A stretch of 64,000 nt of DNA from Bdellovibrionales bacterium. GTDB lineage: Bacteria > Bdellovibrionota > UBA1018 > CAIMNF01. The first letter of the stretch is position 1. Each line of letters opens with the position of its first letter. The position numbers were made by a program, and so were the translations under genes. Location of the stretch: the NCBI GenBank assembly GCA_947372355.1, contig CANBTI010000006.1:354-64353 (forward strand), in the 5' to 3' direction. The notes beneath the pieces are model-generated. The model did no database searches, was not told where the DNA came from, and saw only the letters and a list, made by a program, of their open reading frames with translations. Shown piece after piece: positions 39,944-50,032 of the stretch.

Positions 39944-40696
39944 TTATTTAGTGTTTCTCACTTGCTCATTTAGTTTGTTTAATTCGAGTTGCATTAACTC
40001 TCTCACTCGCTCTATGAATACGCCCATCTCGCTCTTAGGAACATCTTTGGTTTCGATTGGATCTAAAACCTTCACAATCACCTTACCACCCGACAACTCA
40101 AAACGCTCCAAAACTGCAATACCTTTTAAACTTGAGCAAACCACTGGAATGATGGGAAGGCCTTTAGAAAAGGCAATGTGAAAAGCACCTTTTTTAAATG
40201 GCAATAAAACTTCATTTGATTTTTTATTTCTTGTTCCCTCAGGAAAAATGGATGCGGCTAAATTTTTCTTCACCAAGATATCAGCTAAATGATCCATCTG
40301 AGTATGGGAATCAAATTTATTGGAACGATCGATGAATAAATTTCCAGCTGCTTTGAAATACCAACCAATGATCGGGATATAAACAACTTCTTTTTTAGCT
40401 ACCACTACAGAATTTTTTGGAGAAAATGCACCAATTAAAGCTAAATCTAATGCAGATTGATGATTGCCGACATAAACTACCGGGCGATTGATGTAGGCCT
40501 TCTCTTTATCGATGACTTCGATTTTAATCCCCACCACGAAGCAAACAAATCTGGTGAACATTTGAATGAAAACCCAGTTCAGAACCGGATTTCCCCACCA
40601 TGGCATTCCAAAAACAACGACCAAGATAGAGATGATCAGCATCCCCACCATTACCGTGAATGCTTTTAAATAATTAAGAATCTTCATGAATCCCAC
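39944..40696 (-). CDS. plsC: 1-acyl-sn-glycerol-3-phosphate acyltransferase
   Basis: NHQSALD, FIDR, FPEGTR, PFKKGAF. Confidence 0.92.
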   Translation of the reverse strand: MGFMKILNYLKAFTVMVGMLIISILVVVFGMPWWGNPVLNWVFIQMFTRFVCFVVGIKIEVIDKEKAYINRPVVYVGNHQSALDLALIGAFSPKNSVVVAKKEVVYIPIIGWYFKAAGNLFIDRSNKFDSHTQMDHLADILVKKNLAASIFPEGTRNKKSNEVLLPFKKGAFHIAFSKGLPIIPVVCSSLKGIAVLERFELSGGKVIVKVLDPIETKDVPKSEMGVFIERVRELMQLELNKLNEQVRNTK

Positions 40697-41610
40697 ACCG
40701 TATTTTTAGTGCAATTGGCGATGAATGCCTGAAGTGCTTTACTGGTAAATGTTTTATCTTTCATGCGACGAGAAAGTTCCATCCCCGTTTCACAAATCTT
40801 TTGATAATTAATTTCAGTATCCACACCCATTTCTTTCAACAGATAAAGTAAATCTTCTGTGGCTAAATTTCCAGCAGCTCCGGGCGCAAACGGACATCCG
40901 CCTAAACCACCAATAGAGGAATCAAACACGGTGATCCCTAATTCAAAAGCCCTCAATGCATTGGCGAGCGCTGTTCCACGGGTATCATGAAAATGAACGG
41001 CCAACAGATCTTTTGCTCGGGACGAATAATTTTGAAGAAGTGGTTTAATAATCGTTTCAACAGAAACTGGATTTGCCACCCCAATGGTATCTCCAATGGA
41101 GAGTTGATCTACCTCCAGTGCAATCATTTGATCCAAAACCGCTAAAGATTGTGCAGGTTTTATTTTACCTTCAAACGGACATCCCCATACAGTGGAAACA
41201 TAACCCCGAACTTTAATATCACCCAAAGACTTCACTCGGGCCATCATCTGTTTCATTTCAGTAAAGGAATCACTCACACTCATTCCAATATTATTTTGAT
41301 TGAAAGTTTCACTCACTGCCGTGAAGAGCGCGATGTTTTTTACATTTTTAGAAAGTGCTCTCTCTAAGCCCTTCCTATTGGGAACCAAGTACCAAAAGTT
41401 TACATCCTGATGCGGAGAGAGTTTTGTTTGTAACTCTTCGCTATCGGCCATTTGAGGAACGCGATCGGCACGCACGAATGCTCCAGCTTCAATATCTTTT
41501 AAGCCGGTTTTAGCTAACGATTCCACTAACCAAACTTTATCGGCTAAACTCAGAATTGTTTTTTCGTTTTGAAGACCATCACGGGGTCCAACTTCAAAAA
41601 TTTTGATCAT
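40684..41610 (-). CDS. Hydroxymethylglutaryl-CoA lyase
   Basis: EVGPRDGLQNE, HFHDT, GLGGCPFAPGAAGNLATED. Confidence 0.95.
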   Translation of the reverse strand: MIKIFEVGPRDGLQNEKTILSLADKVWLVESLAKTGLKDIEAGAFVRADRVPQMADSEELQTKLSPHQDVNFWYLVPNRKGLERALSKNVKNIALFTAVSETFNQNNIGMSVSDSFTEMKQMMARVKSLGDIKVRGYVSTVWGCPFEGKIKPAQSLAVLDQMIALEVDQLSIGDTIGVANPVSVETIIKPLLQNYSSRAKDLLAVHFHDTRGTALANALRAFELGITVFDSSIGGLGGCPFAPGAAGNLATEDLLYLLKEMGVDTEINYQKICETGMELSRRMKDKTFTSKALQAFIANCTKNTVWDS

Positions 41611-42095
41611 AGTTTAAAATCCAAAAGTTTTTGTCCTGGGGTGAGCTGTTGGCCTTCGCTCACTAATATCTTCACTACGATTCCCGCTTCGCTTGATTTG
41701 ATTGCAAACTCCATTTTCATCGCTTCAATCATGAGTAAAGGAGTATCTGCTTCTACTTTTTGCCCATCCGCAACCATCACCTTACGAACCTTACCCGGAA
41801 ACTGAGCAGTGAAATCAGAGGCAGAATCATTTTTAGATCCAGCGCGAGCAACATTCAATCGTTCCCCGTAAAAATCTAAACCCGAAGTTACAGAACTCTT
41901 GGGCAATTTTGCCCAAATATGCCCCTTCACCCGATGATAAGAAAAACGCACGCGCTCTTCAGTTCCATCTGCCTTAGTATGAGTTCCAATCACCCATCCA
42001 CCAGGGCGTTTTTCAAATTTCCATTCTTTGATCATTTCTGGAGTGGCATCATTCCAGGGCAGTTTTTTACCAAAAACTTTTGCTTGATGTTTCAT
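41607..42095 (-). CDS. Biotin carboxyl carrier subunit
   Basis: EAMKM biotinylation motif. Confidence 0.92.
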   Translation of the reverse strand: MKHQAKVFGKKLPWNDATPEMIKEWKFEKRPGGWVIGTHTKADGTEERVRFSYHRVKGHIWAKLPKSSVTSGLDFYGERLNVARAGSKNDSASDFTAQFPGKVRKVMVADGQKVEADTPLLMIEAMKMEFAIKSSEAGIVVKILVSEGQQLTPGQKLLDFKL

Positions 42096-43567
42096 GATAA
42101 ATCTCCCTTAAAATGCGACCACAGAGCGCCTGCATCCGCAGTTTTAGAAACTCCAGGCGCATGAGCATGTTCTGAAATAGAATGTGCTTTTTCATAAGCA
42201 GATAAAAATTCCAAGTCAAGTTCTGAGGGCTGAGGATTGAATTTAAATTCTTGATCTAAAAAATGCGTGGTTACTTTTCCATCTACTACTTTTGGATGAT
42301 GCGCAATTTCGGTGAGGTACTCAAGATTGGTTCCGATTCCACTCACCGCTGTTTCCCGTAAAACAAACTGCATTTTTTTTATCGCTAGATCTCGAGTCGG
42401 AGCAAATACAATCATTTTTGCAAGCAAGGAATCAAAACTCACTCCCATTTCTTGTCCTACTTCTACTCCACGATCCACTCGAATGCCCGGGCCACTTGGC
42501 CAAATCAAATGATTCACCTTACCCGTGCAAGGAATGAATCCTTGTGATGGATCTTCAGCATAAACGCGAACTTCTAATGAATGACCACGTGGTTCTTTTA
42601 TTTCTGGTAAAGCATATTTTGAACCCTGCATGCCGAGTTTTAATTGCTCATGAACCAAATCAATTCCAGTTATGGATTCCGTTACTGGATGCTCCACTTG
42701 CAAACGCGTGTTCATCTCAATGAAAAAATAATCACCCGATTGATCCACTAAAAACTCAATCGTTCCTGCACTCCGGTATTTTGTATATTCAATTAACTTT
42801 AATGAACTTTCGTGAAGTCCTTTACGGGTTTTTTCTAAAAGATGAGGAGCAGGAGCTTCTTCCCAAACTTTTTGATGCCGACGCTGAAGTGTGCATTCAC
42901 GTTCATACAAATGAACTCCTTGGCCTATTCCATTTCCAAAACATTGAACTTCAATATGGCGTGGACTCAGCACAAACCGTTCAAAAAATAGTGTTCCATC
43001 ACCAAAAGCATTCAAAGCTTCACGAGCAGCACTCTCCGCTTGTTCTTTTAAATCTTCAATGCGATTCACTCTTCGCATTCCTTTACCACCACCACCCGCA
43101 TGCGCTTTGATCAAAATGGGGAAACCAATGCGATCTGCCTCTTTTTTTAAATCAGCATCACTCGTAGTGGATAAGTCTAATTTTGCCCAAGGAACCGTTG
43201 GAACTCCGATTTTTTCAGCAATCTCTTTTGCTGCAATCTTTCCACCCATTTGCTCCATCGTGGAAGCAAGGGGTCCGAGGAGTGTTAAACCCGCCTCTTC
43301 GATTGCTTTTGCAAAATGAGGTCGCTCGGATAAAAATCCATATCCAGGATGAATGAGAGTGACTCCTAATTTTTTACAAACTTTAATAATGGCATCTACA
43401 TCGAGATAGGCGGGCACTTGGGCCACTTCATCGGCCATGGTTACATGGCGAGCGTCTTCATCACCAGGAGCATAAATCGCTACTGTGGGAATTCCCATTT
43501 CATAAGCACCTTGAAAAATTCGGCACGCAATTTCAGAGCGATTGGCCACTAAAAGTTTATGCTTCAT
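42092..43567 (-). CDS. Biotin carboxylase (probable methylcrotonyl-CoA carboxylase alpha)
   Basis: LLVANRSEIA, HPGYGFLSE, GGGGKGMR, EMNTRLQVEHPVTE; leucine-catabolism neighbours. Confidence 0.92.
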   Translation of the reverse strand: MKHKLLVANRSEIACRIFQGAYEMGIPTVAIYAPGDEDARHVTMADEVAQVPAYLDVDAIIKVCKKLGVTLIHPGYGFLSERPHFAKAIEEAGLTLLGPLASTMEQMGGKIAAKEIAEKIGVPTVPWAKLDLSTTSDADLKKEADRIGFPILIKAHAGGGGKGMRRVNRIEDLKEQAESAAREALNAFGDGTLFFERFVLSPRHIEVQCFGNGIGQGVHLYERECTLQRRHQKVWEEAPAPHLLEKTRKGLHESSLKLIEYTKYRSAGTIEFLVDQSGDYFFIEMNTRLQVEHPVTESITGIDLVHEQLKLGMQGSKYALPEIKEPRGHSLEVRVYAEDPSQGFIPCTGKVNHLIWPSGPGIRVDRGVEVGQEMGVSFDSLLAKMIVFAPTRDLAIKKMQFVLRETAVSGIGTNLEYLTEIAHHPKVVDGKVTTHFLDQEFKFNPQPSELDLEFLSAYEKAHSISEHAHAPGVSKTADAGALWSHFKGDLS

Positions 43568-44406
43568 GATTTAGCTCCGCCGATCCAACTCGGTTTACGT
43601 TTTTGCAAAAATGCAGTGATGCCTTCTTGAGCTTCTGGTCCGACGCGAAGTTCGGCAAGCGTTTGAGCCACATACTGAATCGGATCAGACATGCGATCAC
43701 GTTTTTCAGGCCAAGTGAGATCAAGAACCAAACGTTTAGCTACCGTCATTGCCTTTGGTCCACATTCCAGTAAATTTTTAGTGAGTGTACCTAAATATTG
43801 ATCCAGCTCTGCACGAGTGCCAAACACTTCATGCACTAGTCCCACTTCTTTTGCTTTATCCGCTTTAAAGCGTTCAGCGCTAACGAAAAGTGCACGAGCA
43901 TGAGACGCGCCAATTTTAGCCACTACAAACGGACCAATGCATGCAGGAACAATTCCCAATCGCACTTCGCTTAAACTGAAAACAGTATCTTTTGTAGAGA
44001 GAACCACATCACAAATAGAAACGAGTCCGACACCTCCGCCAATCGCTGCCCCTTCCACTACACCGATCACTGGTTTTGGGCATTCATTCAAAGTGGCAAA
44101 CATCTCGGTGAGTACAGTGGTGTCTTTTAAATTTTCTTCGTAGGTGAGTTCGATCGATCGTTTCATCCAATTGAGATCACCACCGGCGCAAAACATTCCA
44201 CTACCATCTTTCAAGTTGCTCCCTTGAAACACCACTACTTTTACTTCAGGCGAAATCACTTCATGAGTGAACACACGCCCAAGCTCTTCAATCATTTTTG
44301 CATTGAATGCATTTCTAATATCCGGGCGATTCAGCGAAAGAGTGAGAATCCCATTTGGATTCAAATCGAGCGCAAGAGTTTCATAGATGTAAGATTGAGT
44401 TTGCAT
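43564..44406 (-). CDS. Enoyl-CoA hydratase (methylglutaconyl-CoA hydratase-like)
   Basis: FCAGGDLNWM, AIGGG, SEVRLGIVPA. Confidence 0.9.
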   Translation of the reverse strand: MQTQSYIYETLALDLNPNGILTLSLNRPDIRNAFNAKMIEELGRVFTHEVISPEVKVVVFQGSNLKDGSGMFCAGGDLNWMKRSIELTYEENLKDTTVLTEMFATLNECPKPVIGVVEGAAIGGGVGLVSICDVVLSTKDTVFSLSEVRLGIVPACIGPFVVAKIGASHARALFVSAERFKADKAKEVGLVHEVFGTRAELDQYLGTLTKNLLECGPKAMTVAKRLVLDLTWPEKRDRMSDPIQYVAQTLAELRVGPEAQEGITAFLQKRKPSWIGGAKS

Positions 44407-44470
44407 GCATTAATTTTGTCAGATGCATGAAAAAAGTGCGAGTTTTTAAGTGTTGTGCGGTGCAAAATTA

Positions 44471-45415
44471 TTAACGTTCAAACCGTTGCTGAAAAGCTAA
44501 ATTTGCTGTTCGTGCCAAGGTGGTGTTGATTGCTGGTCCGAAAAGAGTTTGATCTGAATATCCCAAAATCAACGAGGAATTAGCCCCCACCAAATACGTC
44601 ACGGTAGCCCCTGTGTTCCAAACCAATTTTTGAGACGTGAAAGCATCCATCACTTTCATTGGAGACTGATATTGGGTATCTAAACTCATTCCCACTCTCC
44701 ACAAATCAGCGAAAGAATAACCGCCCCCCAGGGAAGCACTCAATAAGGTGCTCGCGTAACTCAATTCTTTTCCCAGTTTTAATACTAAGTTCGTGTCCCA
44801 ATTGCTCCAACGTTTGATCGCGACCGCTCCAAGATGAATTTGATGAAAACCTAATCCACTGACATCGCTGGCAAGAGCTGATTGTGAGTGAGCCATTTCT
44901 CTACCCGTAGGAACCACCCATTGAGCGAAAGTGTACACTCTGGGCTTCCATTCAGAATATTCCCATTCTGGAATTGTTTCATAACCGATTGTGAATGAAA
45001 CATCCCCTAACTGAGTATTGGTTTCTTGACGTGAAATCGAGGTGATTTTATTTTGGATCACCGGAATCGAAGTTCCCCATTGCCAGCGATCGCTAATCAA
45101 GGAAGCAAAATTGATTGAAATATTTCTACGGTATTCTTGATTGGATTCAGAATCTCTGAATACGGGCAACCCCTTACCCGCTCCTGCCGCATCTCCCACT
45201 ACCGTGCCAGTGGAAACAGAGAGTGAAATAAATTTAGACTCATCCCCCGTGATCAAGGAAGGCAATGCACTGGAGCCCGCACAACAAGGCGCTGCATGAG
45301 AAGAATGAAGATAAAATGAAATGAATAAAAAAAGCATTAATGAGCGTGGTATGGAAGTTTTTGCACTTCTAGAATATTTCCAGAAAGATCCTTCAATTGA
45401 AATTGAATTTCCCAA
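44471..45415 (-). CDS. Outer-membrane barrel-like protein with N-terminal Cys-Cys motif
   Basis: Signal-like MLFLFISF...HAAPCCAG, LGDVSF, beta-rich; true start probably near 45337. Confidence 0.6.
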   Translation of the reverse strand: MGNSISIEGSFWKYSRSAKTSIPRSLMLFLFISFYLHSSHAAPCCAGSSALPSLITGDESKFISLSVSTGTVVGDAAGAGKGLPVFRDSESNQEYRRNISINFASLISDRWQWGTSIPVIQNKITSISRQETNTQLGDVSFTIGYETIPEWEYSEWKPRVYTFAQWVVPTGREMAHSQSALASDVSGLGFHQIHLGAVAIKRWSNWDTNLVLKLGKELSYASTLLSASLGGGYSFADLWRVGMSLDTQYQSPMKVMDAFTSQKLVWNTGATVTYLVGANSSLILGYSDQTLFGPAINTTLARTANLAFQQRFER

Positions 45416-45849
45416 TTTCCACCCATCACAAACATCACTTCAGTGGCATCATAAACGCCGGGCAAGGTTTGTCCGTTTGCATCTTTAGATTCAGATAATT
45501 TTACTTTTTGTGAGCCATGCCCCATATCCGGCATCCACAGTTTCACTCCTGGTTGAATATTTTCTAAAGCAGTGAAAACACCTGGCTGATCTTTATGCCA
45601 AAAATATATTTTCATTGAACCTTCATCACTACCACGAGGTTCCTTCAACCAAATAAAATCAGCGCAAATGGTGTGAGATTGGAATTCCATTTTACAAGTG
45701 AGTGCGTTTTCATTTTCAATCGCAACCCCTTCAGGAATACGCACAGGATCCGTATGATTAAAAATGGGTGAATAACCGCAAGCCGCAGCTGATAATAAAC
45801 AAACGCTAATAATTGAATTCATGATAATTCTCCTTTGATTGATCTTCAT
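45337..45849 (-). CDS. YtkA/FixH-like lipoprotein
   Basis: Lipobox AAAC; LWMPDMGHGS and FVMGGNWEI motifs. Confidence 0.75.
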   Translation of the reverse strand: MKINQRRIIMNSIISVCLLSAAACGYSPIFNHTDPVRIPEGVAIENENALTCKMEFQSHTICADFIWLKEPRGSDEGSMKIYFWHKDQPGVFTALENIQPGVKLWMPDMGHGSQKVKLSESKDANGQTLPGVYDATEVMFVMGGNWEIQFQLKDLSGNILEVQKLPYHAH

Positions 45850-45860
45850 TAATGACTAAT

Positions 45861-46376
45861 TTATCTCTTAATTTGGCATCCTAGAGCACGCGTTTTGGAA
45901 ACAGTAATGGGTTTATTTTCAGATAATTCTTTAAGCGCATTGGCAAGGTATGGAATTTTTGCTTCTGCTGCATCGGCACTATCATCTACTCCACCCTCAT
46001 AAACGATTTTATCTTTTTCAATAATATAAACGTGAGGAGTCTTGAGTGCTTTTAGTTGATTGGATATTTTTGAACCATGATCTTCAATGATTGGAAAAGT
46101 AATTCCTGATTCTTTAAAGTGAGATTTTGCAACTTCTACTGATTCATTTTGATTGGAGTGAACCCCGATAAATTCAAAACCATTTTTTGAATATTTTTCT
46201 GCCAACTCGCTGATTGTTTTTTCATGGCTCGCCGAACATGGACATTTTGCGGATAGAAAAACCACCACACTTGCCTTGGCGTCTTTTTTGGGAAAATGAA
46301 TTTCTTTATTTTGAAAAAGATCAGAACCGGTAAAAAGAAGTGCAAATACCATTGAACGCGATGCGAGATGCTTCAT
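45861..46376 (-). CDS. Redoxin/thioredoxin-fold protein
   Basis: VVFLSAKCPC, TPHVY, YEGGVDD, GCQI. Confidence 0.85.
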   Translation of the reverse strand: MKHLASRSMVFALLFTGSDLFQNKEIHFPKKDAKASVVVFLSAKCPCSASHEKTISELAEKYSKNGFEFIGVHSNQNESVEVAKSHFKESGITFPIIEDHGSKISNQLKALKTPHVYIIEKDKIVYEGGVDDSADAAEAKIPYLANALKELSENKPITVSKTRALGCQIKR

Positions 46377-46455
46377 GGGGGTAACTTATGATAAACTTTC
46401 TTTTGTCGCAATAGGTGTCTAACATCTTTGTGATGTTCGATGCGTTATTTTTAAA

Positions 46456-46531
46456 GGACCCATAGTTAAAATGGATATAACAGATCTTTCCTAAAGATCA
46501 GTTCCAGGTTCAATTCCTGGTGGGGCCGCCA
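46456..46531 (+). tRNA. tRNA-Arg(CCT)
   Basis: GATCT-TTCCTAA-AGATC anticodon arm, CCAGG-TTCAATT-CCTGG T arm, CCA end; A3:G70 mismatch in the acceptor stem. Confidence 0.93.
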
Positions 46532-46781
46532 TTTTCCGACCTTGGTTTTCGATTCAAAAAGTTAACCCATGAACAACAAACAAGAGTTCTTCTATTGTTT
46601 TGTTCGAGATCGCAGATTCCATATTTCTTGAATTGCCCCGAACTGTCTTGATTTGGCTAAAGCCAGACTAAGACTTGGCTAAGGGGTTTTTCTAGAACTG
46701 AAGTTATCCAACCAAATTGTCATTGATCCTAACAACAGTTCACCGGCCCTGCTGGAATCGAACTACGAAAGGAACGAGGCT

Positions 46782-46946
46782 ATGAAAGCGATAGACTTGA
46801 AGGATTTAATTAGTGGATTGATCACAGTGATCATCATTGCCATTTCAGTTGGGCAATATGGGAAGTTGAGAGATTTTGCGAAAAAGGAGTTTGTGAGGTC
46901 GATGGGAAATTGTCCCGCCGAGTATCGGAAGGGGTATGCGAGATAA
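46782..46946 (+). CDS. Small single-TM protein (54 aa), not in the ORF track
   Basis: AAGGAACGAGG RBS; MKAIDLKDLISGLITVIIIAISVGQYGKLRDFAKKEF... Confidence 0.55.
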   Translation: MKAIDLKDLISGLITVIIIAISVGQYGKLRDFAKKEFVRSMGNCPAEYRKGYAR

Positions 46947-47047
46947 ATGCCAAACCTCAATTTCAACATTATCCATGCTCCCAAACGTTGACTTATCCTA
47001 TTATAATCATTAAAATTTTCCACATACACGAAGATAAAAGAGGTATT

Positions 47048-50032
47048 ATGGTAGCAGGCAGAGATGAAGCTAAGGATAAGATCCAGCAACTTGTCATTCA
47101 ATTTAGAGATCATATTGGCGAATACAAGAAAGCTTCATATAACGAAGCTAGTTTAAGAATCGATTTTTTGAATAAGTTCTTTAAAATTTTAGGTTGGGAC
47201 GTTGAAAATAACGAAGGCTTAACTCCTTCTTTTCGAGAAGTTATTACAGAAGATAGAGTTACTGTTGAAGGAAGAACGAAATCACCCGATTACTCATTTA
47301 GACTTAAAAATGGTACTCGGCAATTTTTCGTAGAAGCAAAAAAACCGGAAGTAAATATATCAAGTCATGCGCCTTCAGCTTTTCAGGTTCGTCGATATGG
47401 GTGGAACGCTGACGTAGGAATTAGCATTTTAACAAGTTTTGAATATCTTTCAGTATATGACTGTTCATCAAAGCCGACAGAGTCACAGGGCGCCAATTAT
47501 TCACTACTTAAAATTTTTCATTTTGAAGATTACGTAAAAAATTTCGATTACATCTGGGACACGTTCTCAAAGGAAGCCGTATATAAGGGTAGTTTAATTA
47601 ATTTTAAGCTCACTAAAAACAAGAAGGGCTCATCTTCAGTAGACAATGCGTTCCTTGAGTCTTTGGACGAATGGAGAGTGAGTCTCGCTAAGAGTATTTT
47701 TAAGAATAATGATATTGATGATGAAAATTTAAATTATGTTGTGCAAAAACTGATCGATCAAATAATTTTTTTACGAATTGCCGAGGATAGAGACATTGAA
47801 GAATACGGAAGCTTAAAGAAGATTTCAGAATCAAATGATGTTTTCAAAGATTTTTTAAAAATCTGTCACAAATCTAATGAAAAATACAATTCAGGGCTAT
47901 TTGCTGAAGACAATATAATAAAGACGTTGAAAGTTGAGAGCAAGGAATTCTCAAATATTATTAGAGACCTTTATTTCCCTATCTCACCATACGAATTTTC
48001 CGTAATGCCTCTTGATATCTTGGGAAAAGCATACGAACAGTTTCTCGGTAAAGTAATTGTGATTGATAAGAAAGGGAGATTATCAGTAACCGAAAAGCCG
48101 GAAGTTAAGAAGGCTGGAGGGGTTTTTTATACTCCAAAATATATTGTTGAAAGCATTGTGGAAGATACTGTCGGAAAACTGCTTGAAAATAAAACACCAG
48201 AAGCAGTAGCAAAGTTAAAAATATTAGACCCAGCATGCGGGAGCGGAACATTTCTTCTTACTGCCTTTGAGCACTTACTAAATTGGCATAAAGCATATTT
48301 TGAAATTAATAAAAGCAAGCTTACAAAAAAAGCGCGAGAAGATGTCCTTACCCCTGATGGTGAGTTAACTACAAAATTTAAAGGGAAAATTCTTTTAAAT
48401 AATATTTACGGTATTGATATTGATCGAAATGCGGTAGAAGTCACGAAACTCAGCCTACTCTTAAAATGTTTAGAGGGTGAAAGTAAAGATACTCTAAAAG
48501 CCCAAATGTCTTTATTCCAAGAGCGGGTTTTACCGACATTAGACAAGAATATAGTGAGTGGCAACTCACTTGTGGACTTCGATATTTATGGTCTTTCTCC
48601 CAGTCTTGAGTCCGATCTAGGGGTTAAAAGAAAAATTAATGCATTCAATTGGGAAACATCTTTTAAGGATGTATTTAAGGAAGGTGGCGGTTTTCAAGCA
48701 GTGATCGGAAATCCGCCATACGTAAGACAAGAACTTTTTTCTGAGTTGAAACCATATTTGGAGGAAAAATTTGAAGTTTATAATGGAGTAGCAGATTTAT
48801 ACACGTACTTTTTTGAACAGTCATATCGGCTTATGGCGCCAAATGGTTTGTTTTCAATAATTGTAGCAAATAAATGGTTTCGCGCGAGTTATGGTGAACA
48901 ATTAAGAAAATGGTTAAAAACCGTTTGCTTGGAAAGTATCAAAGATTTTGGTGATCTTCCGGTCTTTGAAAACGCAACAACATACCCTTGTATCGTTAAA
49001 ATCAAAAAATCAAAGCCGGCAAAGAAATTTTTGTTTTCTGATTTATTGAAACTTGGAATTCGAAATCCTAGGGAGCATAACACAGCTGAGTTTATTGATG
49101 TTGAGCTTTCTCGCCTAACAGATAAGGGCTGGGTTTTGGCGGATGAGAAAAGCCTAGATGTCCTTGATCAAATGAAGAAGATTGGGAAACCATTTCTCAC
49201 GTATGTGAATAAAAATGTTTATCGAGGAGTTGTCACAGGAAAAAACGAAGCTTTTGTTATTTCAGAAGAACAGAAGAACGAATTAATTAAAAAAGATAAA
49301 TCTAGTGCAGATTTAATTAAGGCTTTTGTTGAAGGTAAAGACGTAAAGGCCTTTTCTAAGATTAAGCCAAAGCACTATCTGATATTCACTCGGCGTGGCA
49401 CTAATATTGCAAACTATCCAGCAATTGAAGAGCACTTGGAATCATTCAAATTAAAATTGATGCCTAAGCCAAAAAACTGGAAGCCGAAAAATGATGAAAA
49501 ATGGCCGGGCCGCAAACCTGGGGAATACAAATGGTATGAGATTCAAGACAGTATTGAATATTATAAAGAATTCGATAAAGACAAAATCATCTATCCTAGT
49601 ATTTGTAAACAGCCAGAATTTACTTTAGACAATGAATCACTTTATACAAATGATAAATGCTTCATTATTCCATTAAGTGATTTGTATTTATTGGGCGTTT
49701 TAAATTCTGAGTTGACATATTTTTGGTGTGAAATGCATTTGCCGAGATTAAGAGGAGGTTTTTTTGAAACTAAAATTCCAATTTTTAAAAATCTACCGAT
49801 TTGTCAAATAGACAGTAAAAAAAAGGACATGGTACAGGAAAAAGATAAAATTGTGCAGTGCGTAAAGAAGATTTTGGCTTTGGCTAGTAATAGTAAGGAT
49901 AAGGGCAAAGAGTCTAAGACCGAATGCAATTATTACAGAAATGAGATAAACAAGTCCGTGTATAAGATTTACGGCATTAAGCAAGTGGACAGTAAACATA
50001 TTTCGGAGATTATTGAAAATGTTAAAAGATGA
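47048..50032 (+). CDS. Type IIG restriction-modification enzyme (nuclease, adenine MTase, TRD)
   Basis: PDY...FVEAKK nuclease, FYTP, LDPACGSG, IGNPPY, TaqI-C-like tail. ATG at 47048 follows AGAGGT. Confidence 0.92.
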   Translation: MVAGRDEAKDKIQQLVIQFRDHIGEYKKASYNEASLRIDFLNKFFKILGWDVENNEGLTPSFREVITEDRVTVEGRTKSPDYSFRLKNGTRQFFVEAKKPEVNISSHAPSAFQVRRYGWNADVGISILTSFEYLSVYDCSSKPTESQGANYSLLKIFHFEDYVKNFDYIWDTFSKEAVYKGSLINFKLTKNKKGSSSVDNAFLESLDEWRVSLAKSIFKNNDIDDENLNYVVQKLIDQIIFLRIAEDRDIEEYGSLKKISESNDVFKDFLKICHKSNEKYNSGLFAEDNIIKTLKVESKEFSNIIRDLYFPISPYEFSVMPLDILGKAYEQFLGKVIVIDKKGRLSVTEKPEVKKAGGVFYTPKYIVESIVEDTVGKLLENKTPEAVAKLKILDPACGSGTFLLTAFEHLLNWHKAYFEINKSKLTKKAREDVLTPDGELTTKFKGKILLNNIYGIDIDRNAVEVTKLSLLLKCLEGESKDTLKAQMSLFQERVLPTLDKNIVSGNSLVDFDIYGLSPSLESDLGVKRKINAFNWETSFKDVFKEGGGFQAVIGNPPYVRQELFSELKPYLEEKFEVYNGVADLYTYFFEQSYRLMAPNGLFSIIVANKWFRASYGEQLRKWLKTVCLESIKDFGDLPVFENATTYPCIVKIKKSKPAKKFLFSDLLKLGIRNPREHNTAEFIDVELSRLTDKGWVLADEKSLDVLDQMKKIGKPFLTYVNKNVYRGVVTGKNEAFVISEEQKNELIKKDKSSADLIKAFVEGKDVKAFSKIKPKHYLIFTRRGTNIANYPAIEEHLESFKLKLMPKPKNWKPKNDEKWPGRKPGEYKWYEIQDSIEYYKEFDKDKIIYPSICKQPEFTLDNESLYTNDKCFIIPLSDLYLLGVLNSELTYFWCEMHLPRLRGGFFETKIPIFKNLPICQIDSKKKDMVQEKDKIVQCVKKILALASNSKDKGKESKTECNYYRNEINKSVYKIYGIKQVDSKHISEIIENVKR

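Noticed and set aside
42092-42095. Possible frameshift splitting the carboxylase
   Set aside because: ATGA overlap with an AAGGGAG RBS indicates two real coupled genes.
46763-47113. Track ORF 46763-47113 (-) and the TTG-extended R-M start at 46910
   Set aside because: Antisense shadow; the R-M gene has a better ATG with RBS at 47048, and a 54-aa plus-strand ORF occupies part of the region.
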